This document shows positions 31,001 through 39,530 of a stretch of DNA of 64,000 nt, piece by piece. This stretch comes from Candidatus Liptonbacteria bacterium (GTDB lineage Bacteria; Patescibacteriota; Minisyncoccia; UBA6257; 2-01-FULL-56-20): NCBI GenBank assembly GCA_023244895.1, contig JAHFLL010000001.1, forward strand, positions 745,802 through 809,801. Reading direction: 5' to 3'. How positions within the stretch are numbered: the stretch's first letter is position 1; the number at the start of each line of letters is the position of its first letter. Below the pieces are notes generated by a model. It saw nothing but the letters and a program-made list of their open reading frames with translations, had not been told where the DNA came from and made no database searches. Both the position numbers and the translations under genes were made by a program.

Positions 31001-31500
31001 CACCAGACCGATTCCATATAGTCTCGGTCCATGGTCTTGTAGGAATTATCAAACTCGGTCCAGCGCGCTATGCGGCGGACCATCTTTTTCCACTCGCCGG
31101 CATATTCCAAAACTTTTTCCTTGCAGGTAGCGTTAAATTTTTCTATGCCCAACTCCTCAATCTGCTTTTTGCCGGAGATGCCCAAATGGCGCTCCACAAT
31201 CTCCTCAATCGGCAAGCCGTGGCAATCCCAACCCCAACGGCGACGCACATAGCGCCCCTTCATAGTCTGATAGCGAGGAATCAGGTCTTTTATAGTAGAG
31301 GCCAGAATGTGGCCATAGTGAGGCAGACCGGTTGCGAAAGGCGGACCATCATAAAAGGTGTACGCCTCCCCATCCTTGGTCTTTCCCAAGGTTTTCTCAA
31401 AAATCTTATTCTCTTCCCAAAATTTCAGAATTTTCTCCTCAATGACCGGAAGATTAAACCCTTCCTCTAAGAATTTGCCGCTATTATCTTCTGAGCTCAT
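28045..31500 (-). CDS. ileS: Isoleucyl-tRNA synthetase (type 2) with an embedded histidine-phosphatase (PGM-like) domain of about 200 aa
   Basis: It has the HIGH motif PFATGLPHYGH, the editing-domain motif WTTTPWTLPGN, and KMSKS. The insert (aa 495-700) sits between the two CxxC pairs of the Zn knuckle and carries RHGEGENN, SDITRTKQTAE, DERLRELGVGDYNGKTYAEFE, PEGGETRTSVRER and VSHGDPL, which are the full set of histidine-phosphatase branch-1 motifs. Confidence 0.85.
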   Translation of the reverse strand: MSSEDNSGKFLEEGFNLPVIEEKILKFWEENKIFEKTLGKTKDGEAYTFYDGPPFATGLPHYGHILASTIKDLIPRYQTMKGRYVRRRWGWDCHGLPIEEIVERHLGISGKKQIEELGIEKFNATCKEKVLEYAGEWKKMVRRIARWTEFDNSYKTMDRDYMESVWWGFKQFYEKGLVYEGRKVLMYCPRCETPVSNFEVAMDNSYKDVTDTSLTAKFKVVPGQKIGGWSVPENTYLLAWTTTPWTLPGNVALAVGENVEYVVATLEGNRYVLAKDLVSKVFPSQPEVERSDIPGKSLIGLKYEALFDVPAVQTDKTFQVYPADFVTTEDGTGIVHTAVVYGEDDYDLGLKYGLPVVPLLDGKGHFNEKAPGFLRGQYFEKANKMVVEELEKDGLLFSKQDYPHSYPHCWRCGNKLFYNAIPAWFINIQKIKGKLVESNKKEINWYPGHLKHGRYEKSVEQAPDWNISRNRYWGNPIPVWKCESCGENKVVGSIKELGLEKNTFLFTRHGEGENNVLGLNNCWPEPEKYNLTKEGVKRVKDLAGHLGEMGGVDMIFASDITRTKQTAETLAAALGVPLEFDERLRELGVGDYNGKTYAEFERDFPGSERWTRCPEGGETRTSVRERMVDFINEKNREYSGKKILIVSHGDPLYVLMQYYGSELPPVPRFAKVFSLDVSITDLHRPHIDQIILKCDKCGKNAKRVPEIFDSWVEAGSMPFAEFHYPFDQKEVFEARFPGQFVAEYIAQTRAWFYVMHVLSIELFGKAPFENVVTTGTILAEDGSKMSKSKKNYPDPWVVIEKYGVDALRFYLMNSSVMQADNLNFSERELGDLYRKMVLIPWNVLNYFLTYAPKDTKHGTLNIEQLSNVLDKWIWARTKELVNGVTDSLDAYDTVRATRFIAEYIDDLSTWYLRRSRGRADAYFFGTLRHALINLAKASAPVMPYLSELIYKSLTAADYEGLTIQTSGPTPTAYESVHLVDWPIKKELSQEEKELLSQMKVVREAASMGMAKRKELNIPVRQPLQELGIRNKELKGQEGLLKILCEELNVKNIKIDPDQKEEVVLDATISDELRLEGLVRGLERAIQELRKQGGMKVGEMAKLTYKTGDADLNKAVQAFNREKTYISDITEGDAGEKITLDGKEIRLSLSKA

Positions 31501-31628
31501 TCCCTAAAAATATCAGGAAGTCGGCCATAAATCAAAGATTGCGCATGGCCAGAAGGACAGGACGTGGCCCTTTCCAGTCAGCCATTCCCACGATAAACCG
31601 GGGGTGTCGGCTGTGCTATGCTTAAGAC

Positions 31629-32072
31629 ATGACCGAAGAAATAAAAATCCCGCGGGTGGCGATTAATGTTTTGGTAATTAAAGACGGCAAGGCTCTGATG
31701 GGAAAAAAGAATAATCCCAGCAAGGTAGGATGTGGCACCTGGTGCTTTCCGGGAGGAAAGTTGGATTTTGGGGAATATTTAGCGGAAGGAGCTAAACGGG
31801 AACTACTAGAAGAAACCGGCCTAAAGGCAAGAACACTAAAGCTCTCCAATATTATTGACGAACCCCAAGCTTCCGGCGGGGCTCATTATCTGCATATAAA
31901 TTTCCTTGCGACAGACTGGGAAGGAGAACCAACCGTGATGGAGCCGGATAGATTTGAGAAGTGGGAGTGGTTTGATTTAGACAAACTACCAGCAGAAACA
32001 TTCCCCAGTCACCAGAGATTTATCCCGGCGTATTTACGGAAAGAGGTTCTAGATGACGGCACTAATCGATAG
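31629..32072 (+). CDS. Nudix hydrolase (MutT-like)
   Basis: It has the canonical Nudix box GGKLDFGEYLAEGAKRELLEETGL. Confidence 0.65.
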   Translation: MTEEIKIPRVAINVLVIKDGKALMGKKNNPSKVGCGTWCFPGGKLDFGEYLAEGAKRELLEETGLKARTLKLSNIIDEPQASGGAHYLHINFLATDWEGEPTVMEPDRFEKWEWFDLDKLPAETFPSHQRFIPAYLRKEVLDDGTNR

Positions 32073-32189
32073 CACGGTCACATTAACCCGTCTTTGCCTT
32101 TCCGTTTTTTTACTTACTATCTGCTAGCTACCACTTTTTACTATTCCCCCATTCGTGTGTGCGCATTCGTAGCGCGCTATTCGTATACC

Positions 32190-33899
32190 CTAGATTCTCT
32201 CCGGCGCTTTTATACCCAAAATTCTTAATCCGCTCTTTAGGGTTTGCGCGGTAGCATCAATAAGCTTCAGGCGCGCGACGCGCAGATTAGAGTCTTCTTC
32301 CTTCATAACCGGGCAGGCTTCATAAAAACTATTAGTAGTGTTGGCTAATCCATAGAGATAGGAGCAGAGCAGATTGGGCGCGGTATTCTCTAGCGCCGCA
32401 AGCAGAGCATAGGGGTATTCGGCAATGGCGCGTATTAGAGCCAGCTCTTTTTCGTCTTTTAGGAGATGCAACTGGCGTCTGGGCCAATAGTAGTCAACTC
32501 GCCTAGCCTTACGTTTTATGCTTTGAAGCCTGGCATAGGTGTACTGTAAATACGGTCCGCTATCTCCCGAGAAATCCAACATCTTTTGCCAATCGAAAAT
32601 TATATCCGAGTTGCGATTCTCTTTAAGGTTGGTGTATTTGAGCGCGCCGATTGCCACCGCTTGGGCCACATCCTCCTTCTCTTGTCGGGAAAGACCGGGG
32701 TTTTTGTCCTGCACTATCCCCCGCGCGAGGCCCAATGCCTTCTGTAAAACCTCTTCACCGGAAACCACATTGCCCTCCCGAGTAGATAGCTTTTTGCCAG
32801 ACTCCCCCAAGACCATGCCATATTTGACATGCAACAATTCCACGCCCTGGCCCAAGCCCAACAGGTCAAAAACCGCGAAAACTTGGGAGAGGTGCAGGCT
32901 TTGCTCATTACCCACTACATAAAGAATTTTGGCGGGTTTGTATTCTTTCAAACGGTATTCCAGGTTGGCTAGGTCGCGCGTGAGATACAAGCTTCCTCCA
33001 TCCGATTTGCGCACCAGGGCCACCGGCAGATTAAACTTATCCAACGGAATAATGAGCCCGCCTTCGCTTTCCTTGGTAAGACCTTTTTCGGTTAATTCGG
33101 AAATGACCCGCTCCAATTCCTTTTCAAAAAAGTTCTCGCCTATGTCTATGTCAAAATCTATGCCCAAAGTTTTGTAGACGCGATTGAATTCACGCATAGA
33201 CTCCTTCTTGAACCAACCCCAGAGCTTGCGATTTTCTTTATCCCCCTGCTCCAGCTTACGAAATTCCGCGCGAGCTTCATCTTCCAGAGACTCATTATTC
33301 TTCGCCTCGTCATGAAAACGGATATAGAGCGCCGTTAGGGTCGGAATTGGATCCTTCTCTACCGCCGCCTCGTCGCCCCATTTACGATAAGCCACTATCA
33401 ATTTGCCGAATTGAGTGCCCCAGTCCCCCAAATAGTTCCAGCGCACCACCTTATAACCAGTCGCCTGATAAATATTGGCCAAAGAATCGCCCGTAAAGGC
33501 ATTGCGTAAATGTCCCACGTGGATGGGCTTCGCGATATTCAAAGAAGAGTGTTCCACTATCACTGTTTTATTCTGACCGATATTCCAAACCCCATATTTA
33601 TTACCCTGACCCAAAATATCGTCCAGGCTCCCGTGCCAGGCGGAGGGAGTTAGCCAAAAATTTATGAAGCCGGGCGGGGCGACCTCTACTTTTTCAAAAA
33701 AGTCCGCGGGGGCGGAAGACTTAATCCGCTCCGCGAAATCGTTCGCGATATCAAGCGGGTTCTGATGGATAAGCTTGGCATGGCGCATCGCCAAATTAGT
33801 GGAATAGTGCCCCTGCTCCACGTGGTCCGAGACCATAATATCAAAACCCGCCTCGGAACCGACGGCGCGTTCTATTATCTCTTTCAACTTGGCTCTCAT
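32190..33899 (-). CDS. argS: Arginyl-tRNA synthetase
   Basis: It is 569 aa with the HVGHLRN (HIGH-type) motif and an anticodon-binding DALR C-terminus. Confidence 0.9.
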   Translation of the reverse strand: MRAKLKEIIERAVGSEAGFDIMVSDHVEQGHYSTNLAMRHAKLIHQNPLDIANDFAERIKSSAPADFFEKVEVAPPGFINFWLTPSAWHGSLDDILGQGNKYGVWNIGQNKTVIVEHSSLNIAKPIHVGHLRNAFTGDSLANIYQATGYKVVRWNYLGDWGTQFGKLIVAYRKWGDEAAVEKDPIPTLTALYIRFHDEAKNNESLEDEARAEFRKLEQGDKENRKLWGWFKKESMREFNRVYKTLGIDFDIDIGENFFEKELERVISELTEKGLTKESEGGLIIPLDKFNLPVALVRKSDGGSLYLTRDLANLEYRLKEYKPAKILYVVGNEQSLHLSQVFAVFDLLGLGQGVELLHVKYGMVLGESGKKLSTREGNVVSGEEVLQKALGLARGIVQDKNPGLSRQEKEDVAQAVAIGALKYTNLKENRNSDIIFDWQKMLDFSGDSGPYLQYTYARLQSIKRKARRVDYYWPRRQLHLLKDEKELALIRAIAEYPYALLAALENTAPNLLCSYLYGLANTTNSFYEACPVMKEEDSNLRVARLKLIDATAQTLKSGLRILGIKAPERI

Positions 33900-33992
33900 T
33901 AAATTCTTGTTTTTACCCGTGAATCGGTTATCTTAAATCTGGACCGCCTGATTACCCATAATCATATCCTAAAATCAGGTATCCGCAATTAT

Positions 33993-34454
33993 ATGGCAGA
34001 AGCCAAGCAACACAAGAATATTGCCGAGAACCGCCGGGCGCGGTTTGACTATGAAATCTCCGACACATACGAGGCTGGCTTAGAGCTCTCCGGTATGGAG
34101 GCCAAAAGCGCGCGACTGGGCGGAATGAACCTTTCTGGTAGCCACGCACTCGTCAAGAAAGGAGAGGTTTGGCTCTTAAATTCCCAAATAATGCCCTTCC
34201 AACCCAAAAATGCCGGGAGTGATTACGAGCCAACCCGTTTCCGCCGTTTGCTACTGCACGGCGCGGAAATAGCTATTTTAGCCAACCGCCTGCAAGAAAA
34301 AGGTTGGTCGCTGGTGCCCCTGCGGGCATATCTCAAAAAAAATCTAGTGAAAGTGGAGCTCGGCCTGGGCAGGAGCAAAAAAGCCCACGATAAACGGGAT
34401 ACCATAAAGAAGAGAGACGTAAAACGGGAAATAGATCGCTCCCGAGCGCGCTAA
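33993..34454 (+). CDS. smpB: SsrA-binding protein
   Basis: It has the motif IAENRRARFDYEISDTYEAGLELSGMEAKS, and both its length and basic C-terminal tail are typical of SmpB. Confidence 0.85.
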   Translation: MAEAKQHKNIAENRRARFDYEISDTYEAGLELSGMEAKSARLGGMNLSGSHALVKKGEVWLLNSQIMPFQPKNAGSDYEPTRFRRLLLHGAEIAILANRLQEKGWSLVPLRAYLKKNLVKVELGLGRSKKAHDKRDTIKKRDVKREIDRSRAR

Positions 34455-34504
34455 TTTTTACAAACCTCCCCGGTCTTTACAAATCCCCCCTACGGGGTTA
34501 GATT

Positions 34505-35275
34505 TTGGACATAAATCAACCGCCCTCGCAGGGCAAAAATATGGAAGAAAATCAAAACGAATCAAATAAGGTCATAGAAATACCTGGGTCAAACGAGCCC
34601 ATCCGCTCGGAAAGCATGGTTATCGGCGCCCCCAAAGAAGAAACTGGTCGGGGTGGTTGGCGCAAGACTTTTTGGGCAGGGTTAGTAGTGGTTGTTGTTT
34701 TGGGATTAGCGACGAACCAGTGGCGAGGCGTGGAGAAAAACGAAGGCCAGTCCGCTCAGGTATCGGATACGGGTGGATTCTGGAGTGATTTGTTCGGTGG
34801 CAAAGAAGAAACAAAAAATGCTGAGGTTGCTTCCCAAAACGGCATAGACCTCTCCTTTGTTAAGGACGCGGACTATATCTCCCCCCTGGACCGAACCGCG
34901 CTTTACGCCGTACGCGACGGACAGTATAAAACCGAAGGATTAGAATTTGTTCCCGACCAAAGCCTGGTGGCGAAAGGTGACCTAAATGGCGACGGCAAAG
35001 AAGATGCGGCAATTGTCGTGAATGAAAAAACAAACGGACACGACTTCGCGATGCTCTCCGTTCTGGAGAACACCGGGGATGGATATAAAAATGTGCGCAC
35101 CTTCCTTCTGGGCGATAACATTAAAGCCACCTCTCTTAAGATAGAAAATGGCATCGCGAGGGTTGGCATAGTTTCCCACCGTCTGGAAGATTTAATTTCC
35201 GAGCCAACCTCTTTGCAGGCCCTGATTGTTAAATATGATGCAGCGAAAGGCTGGCTGATGGAATACGCCAACTAG
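34505..35275 (+). CDS. Hypothetical single-pass membrane-anchored extracytoplasmic protein
   Basis: It has an N-terminal low-complexity region, one TM helix (FWAGLVVVVVLGLA), and no recognisable domain. Confidence 0.35.
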   Translation: MDINQPPSQGKNMEENQNESNKVIEIPGSNEPIRSESMVIGAPKEETGRGGWRKTFWAGLVVVVVLGLATNQWRGVEKNEGQSAQVSDTGGFWSDLFGGKEETKNAEVASQNGIDLSFVKDADYISPLDRTALYAVRDGQYKTEGLEFVPDQSLVAKGDLNGDGKEDAAIVVNEKTNGHDFAMLSVLENTGDGYKNVRTFLLGDNIKATSLKIENGIARVGIVSHRLEDLISEPTSLQALIVKYDAAKGWLMEYAN

Positions 35276-35326
35276 AGATAGTAGTTAGAAGATAGAATCT
35301 AGAAGTTGGTAGATGCCAACCAAATC

Positions 35327-35354
35327 AAAAACTGCTCCCAAGAGCAGTTTTTGA
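35327..35354. terminator. Bidirectional rho-independent terminator between convergent genes
   Basis: There is a perfect hairpin AAAAACTGCTC-CCAA-GAGCAGTTTTT. Confidence 0.6.
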
Positions 35355-35387
35355 TTCAATCACGTTCTACTTTCTACCTTCTAACTT

Positions 35388-36074
35388 CTACTTGGTAACA
35401 TCTACTCCCGCTTCCTCCGCTATCTCCAAGCAATCCGTAACTTCTTTTTGGACAGACTTAAGCTCTCCCCCGCTTAATGTGTATGGCCTACGTTCGGGAT
35501 TCTCTTGGGAAACATTAACGGACTCCAAGTCCTGATATAGCCAGGCAGATGCGCACTTACCCAGAGTCTCATCCTTAAAAGATTCTCTGAAAACCAAATC
35601 CTTACCCCGAATGCCTACAATACGAAGCTCTCTATCCTCAGGTAAATATTGCCTCAAAAGATAAGACACGGAATACCTCTCTAAAGATGGTTTCATAACC
35701 TCATACTTTCCATAAGACACGTCCCAGGCCAAGTCATACATAGCGAGCGCCGTTCCCTCCGCAGGATTAGTCTGGGGTATCACAAAATAGAACTTATTGG
35801 GCTTTTCAAAATCACGAAACACATCTTGCGGACGAATTTGCCAAACCTCACTTATAGCTAGGCGCGTCTTAGCTTCTATCAGCTGGTTGCGAGTCAGCTC
35901 CAGTCCCGGCAAAAAAACTCCTTGGCGGGCGGCGATATAAGTGGAAATACGATAGTTTGCCCAATGATAGCCGTATTTAGTACCCAAGAAAAAACCAACA
36001 AACGGTAGGGCAATAAAAAGAATCATAGCGAGCAACTTGGAAGACCTAGTAACGCTATTCCATTTTATTCTCAT
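35388..36074 (-). CDS. Hypothetical membrane-anchored protein
   Basis: It has an N-terminal TM helix and no recognisable domain. Confidence 0.35.
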   Translation of the reverse strand: MRIKWNSVTRSSKLLAMILFIALPFVGFFLGTKYGYHWANYRISTYIAARQGVFLPGLELTRNQLIEAKTRLAISEVWQIRPQDVFRDFEKPNKFYFVIPQTNPAEGTALAMYDLAWDVSYGKYEVMKPSLERYSVSYLLRQYLPEDRELRIVGIRGKDLVFRESFKDETLGKCASAWLYQDLESVNVSQENPERRPYTLSGGELKSVQKEVTDCLEIAEEAGVDVTK

Positions 36075-36130
36075 TAGCTTAATTATATAACTTTATCTAT
36101 TTCATTCCAATTCCCAATTCTAATTCTCAA

Positions 36131-36763
36131 TTGGGTTATAATGGGAATATGGATTTGGGATTTAATAAGGAAGAGCTCGCTATTTTACGCAAACTGCGCA
36201 CGCCGGAAAAAATCCAGGATTTTTTGGATACTCTGCCGATAAATTTTGAAAAGAGTGGCGAAACAAATATGTCTCCCCGGAGAGTATTGCGCGAAAAGAA
36301 AGCGCATTGCATGGAAGGCGCGCTCTTGGCCGCCGCCGCCCTGTGGCTCAATGGCCATCCTCCCCTGCTTCTAGACCTTAAGACCGGGAGGGGCGACACC
36401 GACCACATAGTCACACTTTTCAAATATAAAAATTATTGGGGAGGCATAACCAAAACCAACCACTCCGTTTTACGCTACCGCGATCCCATCTACCGCGACC
36501 CCAGAGAACTTGCGCTGTCTTTTTTCCATGAATATTTTTTGGATAGCGGTCGCAAAACGCTTTTAAGCTACTCCCGCCCGTTTGACCTGCGGAAAGTTTT
36601 TAAAAAATATAATTGGACTGTGAGCGAAGAAGATTTATGGGATTTATCCGTAGAACTGGACGAGTCGCCTCACCTGCCCATCGTCCCCAAAGGACTAAAA
36701 CTCCGCCCCGCCAGTAAGACCGAAATAGAAGCCGGGAAAGTTACGGAGTGGAAGAGGAACTAA
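36131..36763 (+). CDS. Hypothetical protein (possible transglutaminase/papain-like Cys-His fold)
   Basis: It has a Cys in the KAHCMEGALLAAAAL context followed by DHIVTLF. This is weak and fold-level only. Confidence 0.25.
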   Translation: MGYNGNMDLGFNKEELAILRKLRTPEKIQDFLDTLPINFEKSGETNMSPRRVLREKKAHCMEGALLAAAALWLNGHPPLLLDLKTGRGDTDHIVTLFKYKNYWGGITKTNHSVLRYRDPIYRDPRELALSFFHEYFLDSGRKTLLSYSRPFDLRKVFKKYNWTVSEEDLWDLSVELDESPHLPIVPKGLKLRPASKTEIEAGKVTEWKRN

Positions 36764-36802
36764 AAAGTCCTCCGGTCTGCGGTCAAATTAATAAATACAT
36801 AG

Positions 36803-37228
36803 CTAAGCCGCCCTTAGCTCATCTTCTATTTCGCTATAAAGACCCAGCGTCTTACTTACTGCTTCGTATGGTCCGTCTCCGCCGCCTAAAAGCGCTTCTA
36901 TGCCGGACGTAGCCCTCGGATATTCACTGGCCTCCCCTCGGAACATAGCTTTTAGAGCCTCTAACTCAGCCTTCCTCCTCTCGTACACCTCACAACCAGT
37001 CATCACTGCCTCTAGCTGACTGGTTATCTCTTTAAAAAGTTGTTCTTGTTTTTCTTCCCCCTCAGGAAGAGTCATGCCCTCCATACTCTCAAAAACCTCT
37101 GCGTCCTCCGCGGTATATAGCGCAGATGTGAGACTGGATAGTGTTTCTAAATCGTCCGCTAGGGCATCCATCTTTTCGAGAATGGCCGCCTTCTGGGCTT
37201 CTGGAGATTGTGGACTTTCTACGATCAT
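36803..37228 (-). CDS. Hypothetical acidic helical protein
   Basis: It is 141 aa, Glu/Asp-rich, with predicted coiled-coil character. It sits downstream of the CYTH gene in an operon-like arrangement. Confidence 0.3.
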   Translation of the reverse strand: MIVESPQSPEAQKAAILEKMDALADDLETLSSLTSALYTAEDAEVFESMEGMTLPEGEEKQEQLFKEITSQLEAVMTGCEVYERRKAELEALKAMFRGEASEYPRATSGIEALLGGGDGPYEAVSKTLGLYSEIEDELRAA

Positions 37229-37307
37229 TTTATTTGGTTAGTTTTAATTTGTTGTATAACCTTTCCCTTTATTATAAAAGTTATTTGCTGGCCGGCAAAG
37301 TGACTAC

Positions 37308-37913
37308 CTAAGGGGAAAATTTAGAAATATCGCTGGACTCGAAATCAAACCAGCCGTTCGCCTCTTCGTTTAACTTGGCTTCATAAGCGTCCCAACCCTC
37401 TCGATCAAAAACAGGAAGTTTTATTTCCGCTAGAAGTTCGCGAAGTCTTTTTTCTGCTTCGTCCTTGTTCTCTGGACTGGCCATAATCTCCGCTTCGTAA
37501 AATCTGCTATGTAGCTGTCCATTATCCATGCGCATAACGCTCTGAACCGCGAATTCTATTTCTCCGACGGTGTGTCTCTCTATTTCTCTAATGCCAGAGA
37601 CTCCCTTCGGGTATCCCAAAAGGGCAAGGGTGTGCAGGGCCTGCTTTAGACCACCTGCTTCTATATTCACCTCCGCTTCTTCCCGGGAAGAGCTCTCTCT
37701 AATGCTTTTCTTGACCACTATCTGAATCTTGCCGTTAGTCGTTTTGACTCGCACGTCCAAAGTGCGGTTATTAATGCCTATCGCCTGGGAAAGATCAAAA
37801 AACACGCGCTTCTGGGAATTCGTGTGTTTGCCGTTCGCGGCTAGATAGGCCTGGATAGTTTTGTACCCCACCTCGTCCAATGGTCCGCGCAACTCAACTT
37901 CTATGTGGTTCAT
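37308..37913 (-). CDS. CYTH-domain protein (triphosphate tunnel metalloenzyme; class IV adenylate cyclase/triphosphatase-like)
   Basis: It has the N-terminal ExExK-type motif (HIEVELRG) and downstream acidic strand motifs (EIEFAV, YEAEI). The length is about 200 aa. Confidence 0.45.
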   Translation of the reverse strand: MNHIEVELRGPLDEVGYKTIQAYLAANGKHTNSQKRVFFDLSQAIGINNRTLDVRVKTTNGKIQIVVKKSIRESSSREEAEVNIEAGGLKQALHTLALLGYPKGVSGIREIERHTVGEIEFAVQSVMRMDNGQLHSRFYEAEIMASPENKDEAEKRLRELLAEIKLPVFDREGWDAYEAKLNEEANGWFDFESSDISKFSP

Positions 37914-37985
37914 GCGGGAATTATGACAGCCAAATACATCATGAGCAAATACATGAATAGCGAAGTGGTAGAGATGGGTGGAATC

Positions 37986-38258
37986 TCACGTCGCTAACTT
38001 CGTAGGTAGCCCCTTAGAAAATCTATCTATAAGCATTTCCTTCTTATCTCTGCGCCATTTCTTGATTTGAACTTCTCGGTGGCGAGCCTCGTTTAATGTA
38101 TCGTGCCTTTCATAAAATACAACGCTAAATATTGACTTACCTTTTGTAAATTGAGCGCCCTGTTTTGAGTTGTGATGTTTTAGCCTGCTCTCAATGTCTT
38201 TTGTTATACCAACATACAACTTCCCAAAATCATTTCTAATCATATACACAAAGAACAT
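37986..38258 (-). CDS. GIY-YIG nuclease-domain small protein
   Basis: It is 90 aa and has the motif FFVYMIRNDFGKLYVGITKDIESRLKHHN, the GIY-YIG signature with its conserved Arg and His. Confidence 0.6.
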   Translation of the reverse strand: MFFVYMIRNDFGKLYVGITKDIESRLKHHNSKQGAQFTKGKSIFSVVFYERHDTLNEARHREVQIKKWRRDKKEMLIDRFSKGLPTKLAT

Positions 38259-38365
38259 ATACTAATTCTATCAAACCTGCCCGTTCGACTCTCGCCTGCG
38301 ACGAACGCAGTCGAATCGCTCAGGGCACTCGACTCTTATTTAAAGTGGCTTGCCACGAGAGAAGT

Positions 38366-38389
38366 AAAGCCCCCCTTAAGGGGGGCTTT
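38366..38389 (-). terminator. Terminator hairpin immediately 3' of tmRNA
   Basis: There is a perfect hairpin AAAGCCCCCC-TTAA-GGGGGGCTTT. Confidence 0.55.
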
Positions 38390-38399
38390 ACGAGTCGAG

Positions 38400-38722
38400 T
38401 GGAGATGGGCGGAGTCGAACCGCCGTGTAAGACAGAAACCGATGAATCATCTACGAGTGTAGTTCGCTAAAGCGGACAAACACTCCACATTCTTTCGCGC
38501 CATATGCGGTGGAGCACGTATATATGGCCCTAGCCTCCTTGTATAAGACCGGTATCAAGCTAAGAGGCCCAGCCTGGCCGATCCTCCAGACGCTACGCGT
38601 TAAACGTAGGCGAAAGCTGGAGCTGCAACTTTATTGTTGGCAGTTAAGATTTTTGCCAGATTTACGAGGTGGCACTCGACTCGCCGATTCAAGGTACTGA
38701 CTTATCGAAGCCGGTCATCCCC
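38400..38722 (-). ncRNA. ssrA: tmRNA (SsrA), about 323 nt without CCA
   Basis: On the minus strand the 5' end reads GGGGATGACCGGCTTCGATAAG and the 3' end reads GGCGGTTCGACTCCGCCCATCTCCA. The T-arm is GGCGG-TTCGACT-CCGCC. The acceptor stem GGGGATG/CATCTCC contains the G3-U70 alanine identity pair. The candidate in-frame tag is GCC-AAC-AAT-AAA-GTT-GCA-GCT-CCA-GCT-TTC-GCC-TAC-GTT-TAA (ANNKVAAPAFAYV*), which is tentative. smpB lies 4 kb away. Confidence 0.75.
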
Positions 38723-38845
38723 GTTTTCGATTGCTCTTATATTCTAACATAAATTTATATTATTGACAATATCCCATATCAAGTGATATAACCTGGCCAG
38801 CCGTCGCGCACGATCGCGCGACACAATGATTCTGGGGGTAAATCC

Positions 38846-39406
38846 ATGGGACTTCCGCCATACCTGTGCTTTGACAGAGAGATCTGCAAGTCGACAGTCG
38901 AAACCCTGCTGACAAAGCTCCGTAGCGCGAACTCCACAAATCGCGTGTACGTGAGCTCGCCCGGAGGGACGTTCGACTTTTTTTCGGTGCTCGGCCCGGC
39001 TATCCAACGCCAGGGCATCGTGACCCTGTCGGGCGACGTCCGCTCGGCAGCAGTCGTCCTCTTCCTGCTTGGACACGTACGGCAGGCCCTGCCGGACGCG
39101 ACATTCTTCTTCCACGAAGTGAGGACGTTCGTCGGCCAGGGCAACCAGATCACCGTGGCCGACCTGGAACACGCCGAGGAGTATGAGCGGATGATGTCTG
39201 CTGAAGGACAGGAGGCGTACCAGGAATGGCGCCAGAGCATGAAGATGGCCCAGGCTTGGTTCGCGCGCTTCATCTCCACCCAGACCGGACTCCCCGCGAG
39301 CACGTTCCTCAATCTCATGCGTGCCGAGGCAACCCTCTCCGCTCGGGAGGCAGTTCGGTACGGCATCGTGCACGAGATCGTGCCGGCCAGACTCGTCTGG
39401 AAATAG
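38846..39406 (+). CDS. ClpP-family (S14) serine peptidase-like protein, short form (GC-rich island C)
   Basis: It aligns to the ClpP core: SSPGGTFDFFSVLGPAIQRQGIVTLSGDVRSAAVVLFLLGH carries the Ser of the GxS motif, FFFHEV carries the His, and the C-terminus reads LSAREAVRYGIVHEIV. It is GC-rich with a GGGGG RBS. The opposite-strand ORFs are R-rich antisense artefacts. Confidence 0.5.
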   Translation: MGLPPYLCFDREICKSTVETLLTKLRSANSTNRVYVSSPGGTFDFFSVLGPAIQRQGIVTLSGDVRSAAVVLFLLGHVRQALPDATFFFHEVRTFVGQGNQITVADLEHAEEYERMMSAEGQEAYQEWRQSMKMAQAWFARFISTQTGLPASTFLNLMRAEATLSAREAVRYGIVHEIVPARLVWK

Positions 39407-39530
39407 CGACAGTGGACGGGCACGCGCAGCGCGTGCCTGCCCCAACCTCAGTTTGGGAAATTTTCGCAAATTGAGGTTGGGTAAAAATTTATTAAACGAA
39501 ACGGGCCCGGTCGCGAATGACCAAGCCCGT

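Noticed and set aside
38509-38700. 63 aa plus-strand ORF
   Set aside because: It lies entirely antisense to the tmRNA gene.
38744-39469. Long minus-strand ORFs (241 and 214 aa) overlapping the ClpP-like gene
   Set aside because: Their products are extremely Arg/Ala/Pro-rich with no domain signal, which is the typical antisense read-through of a high-GC gene. The plus-strand ORF has ClpP motifs and an RBS.
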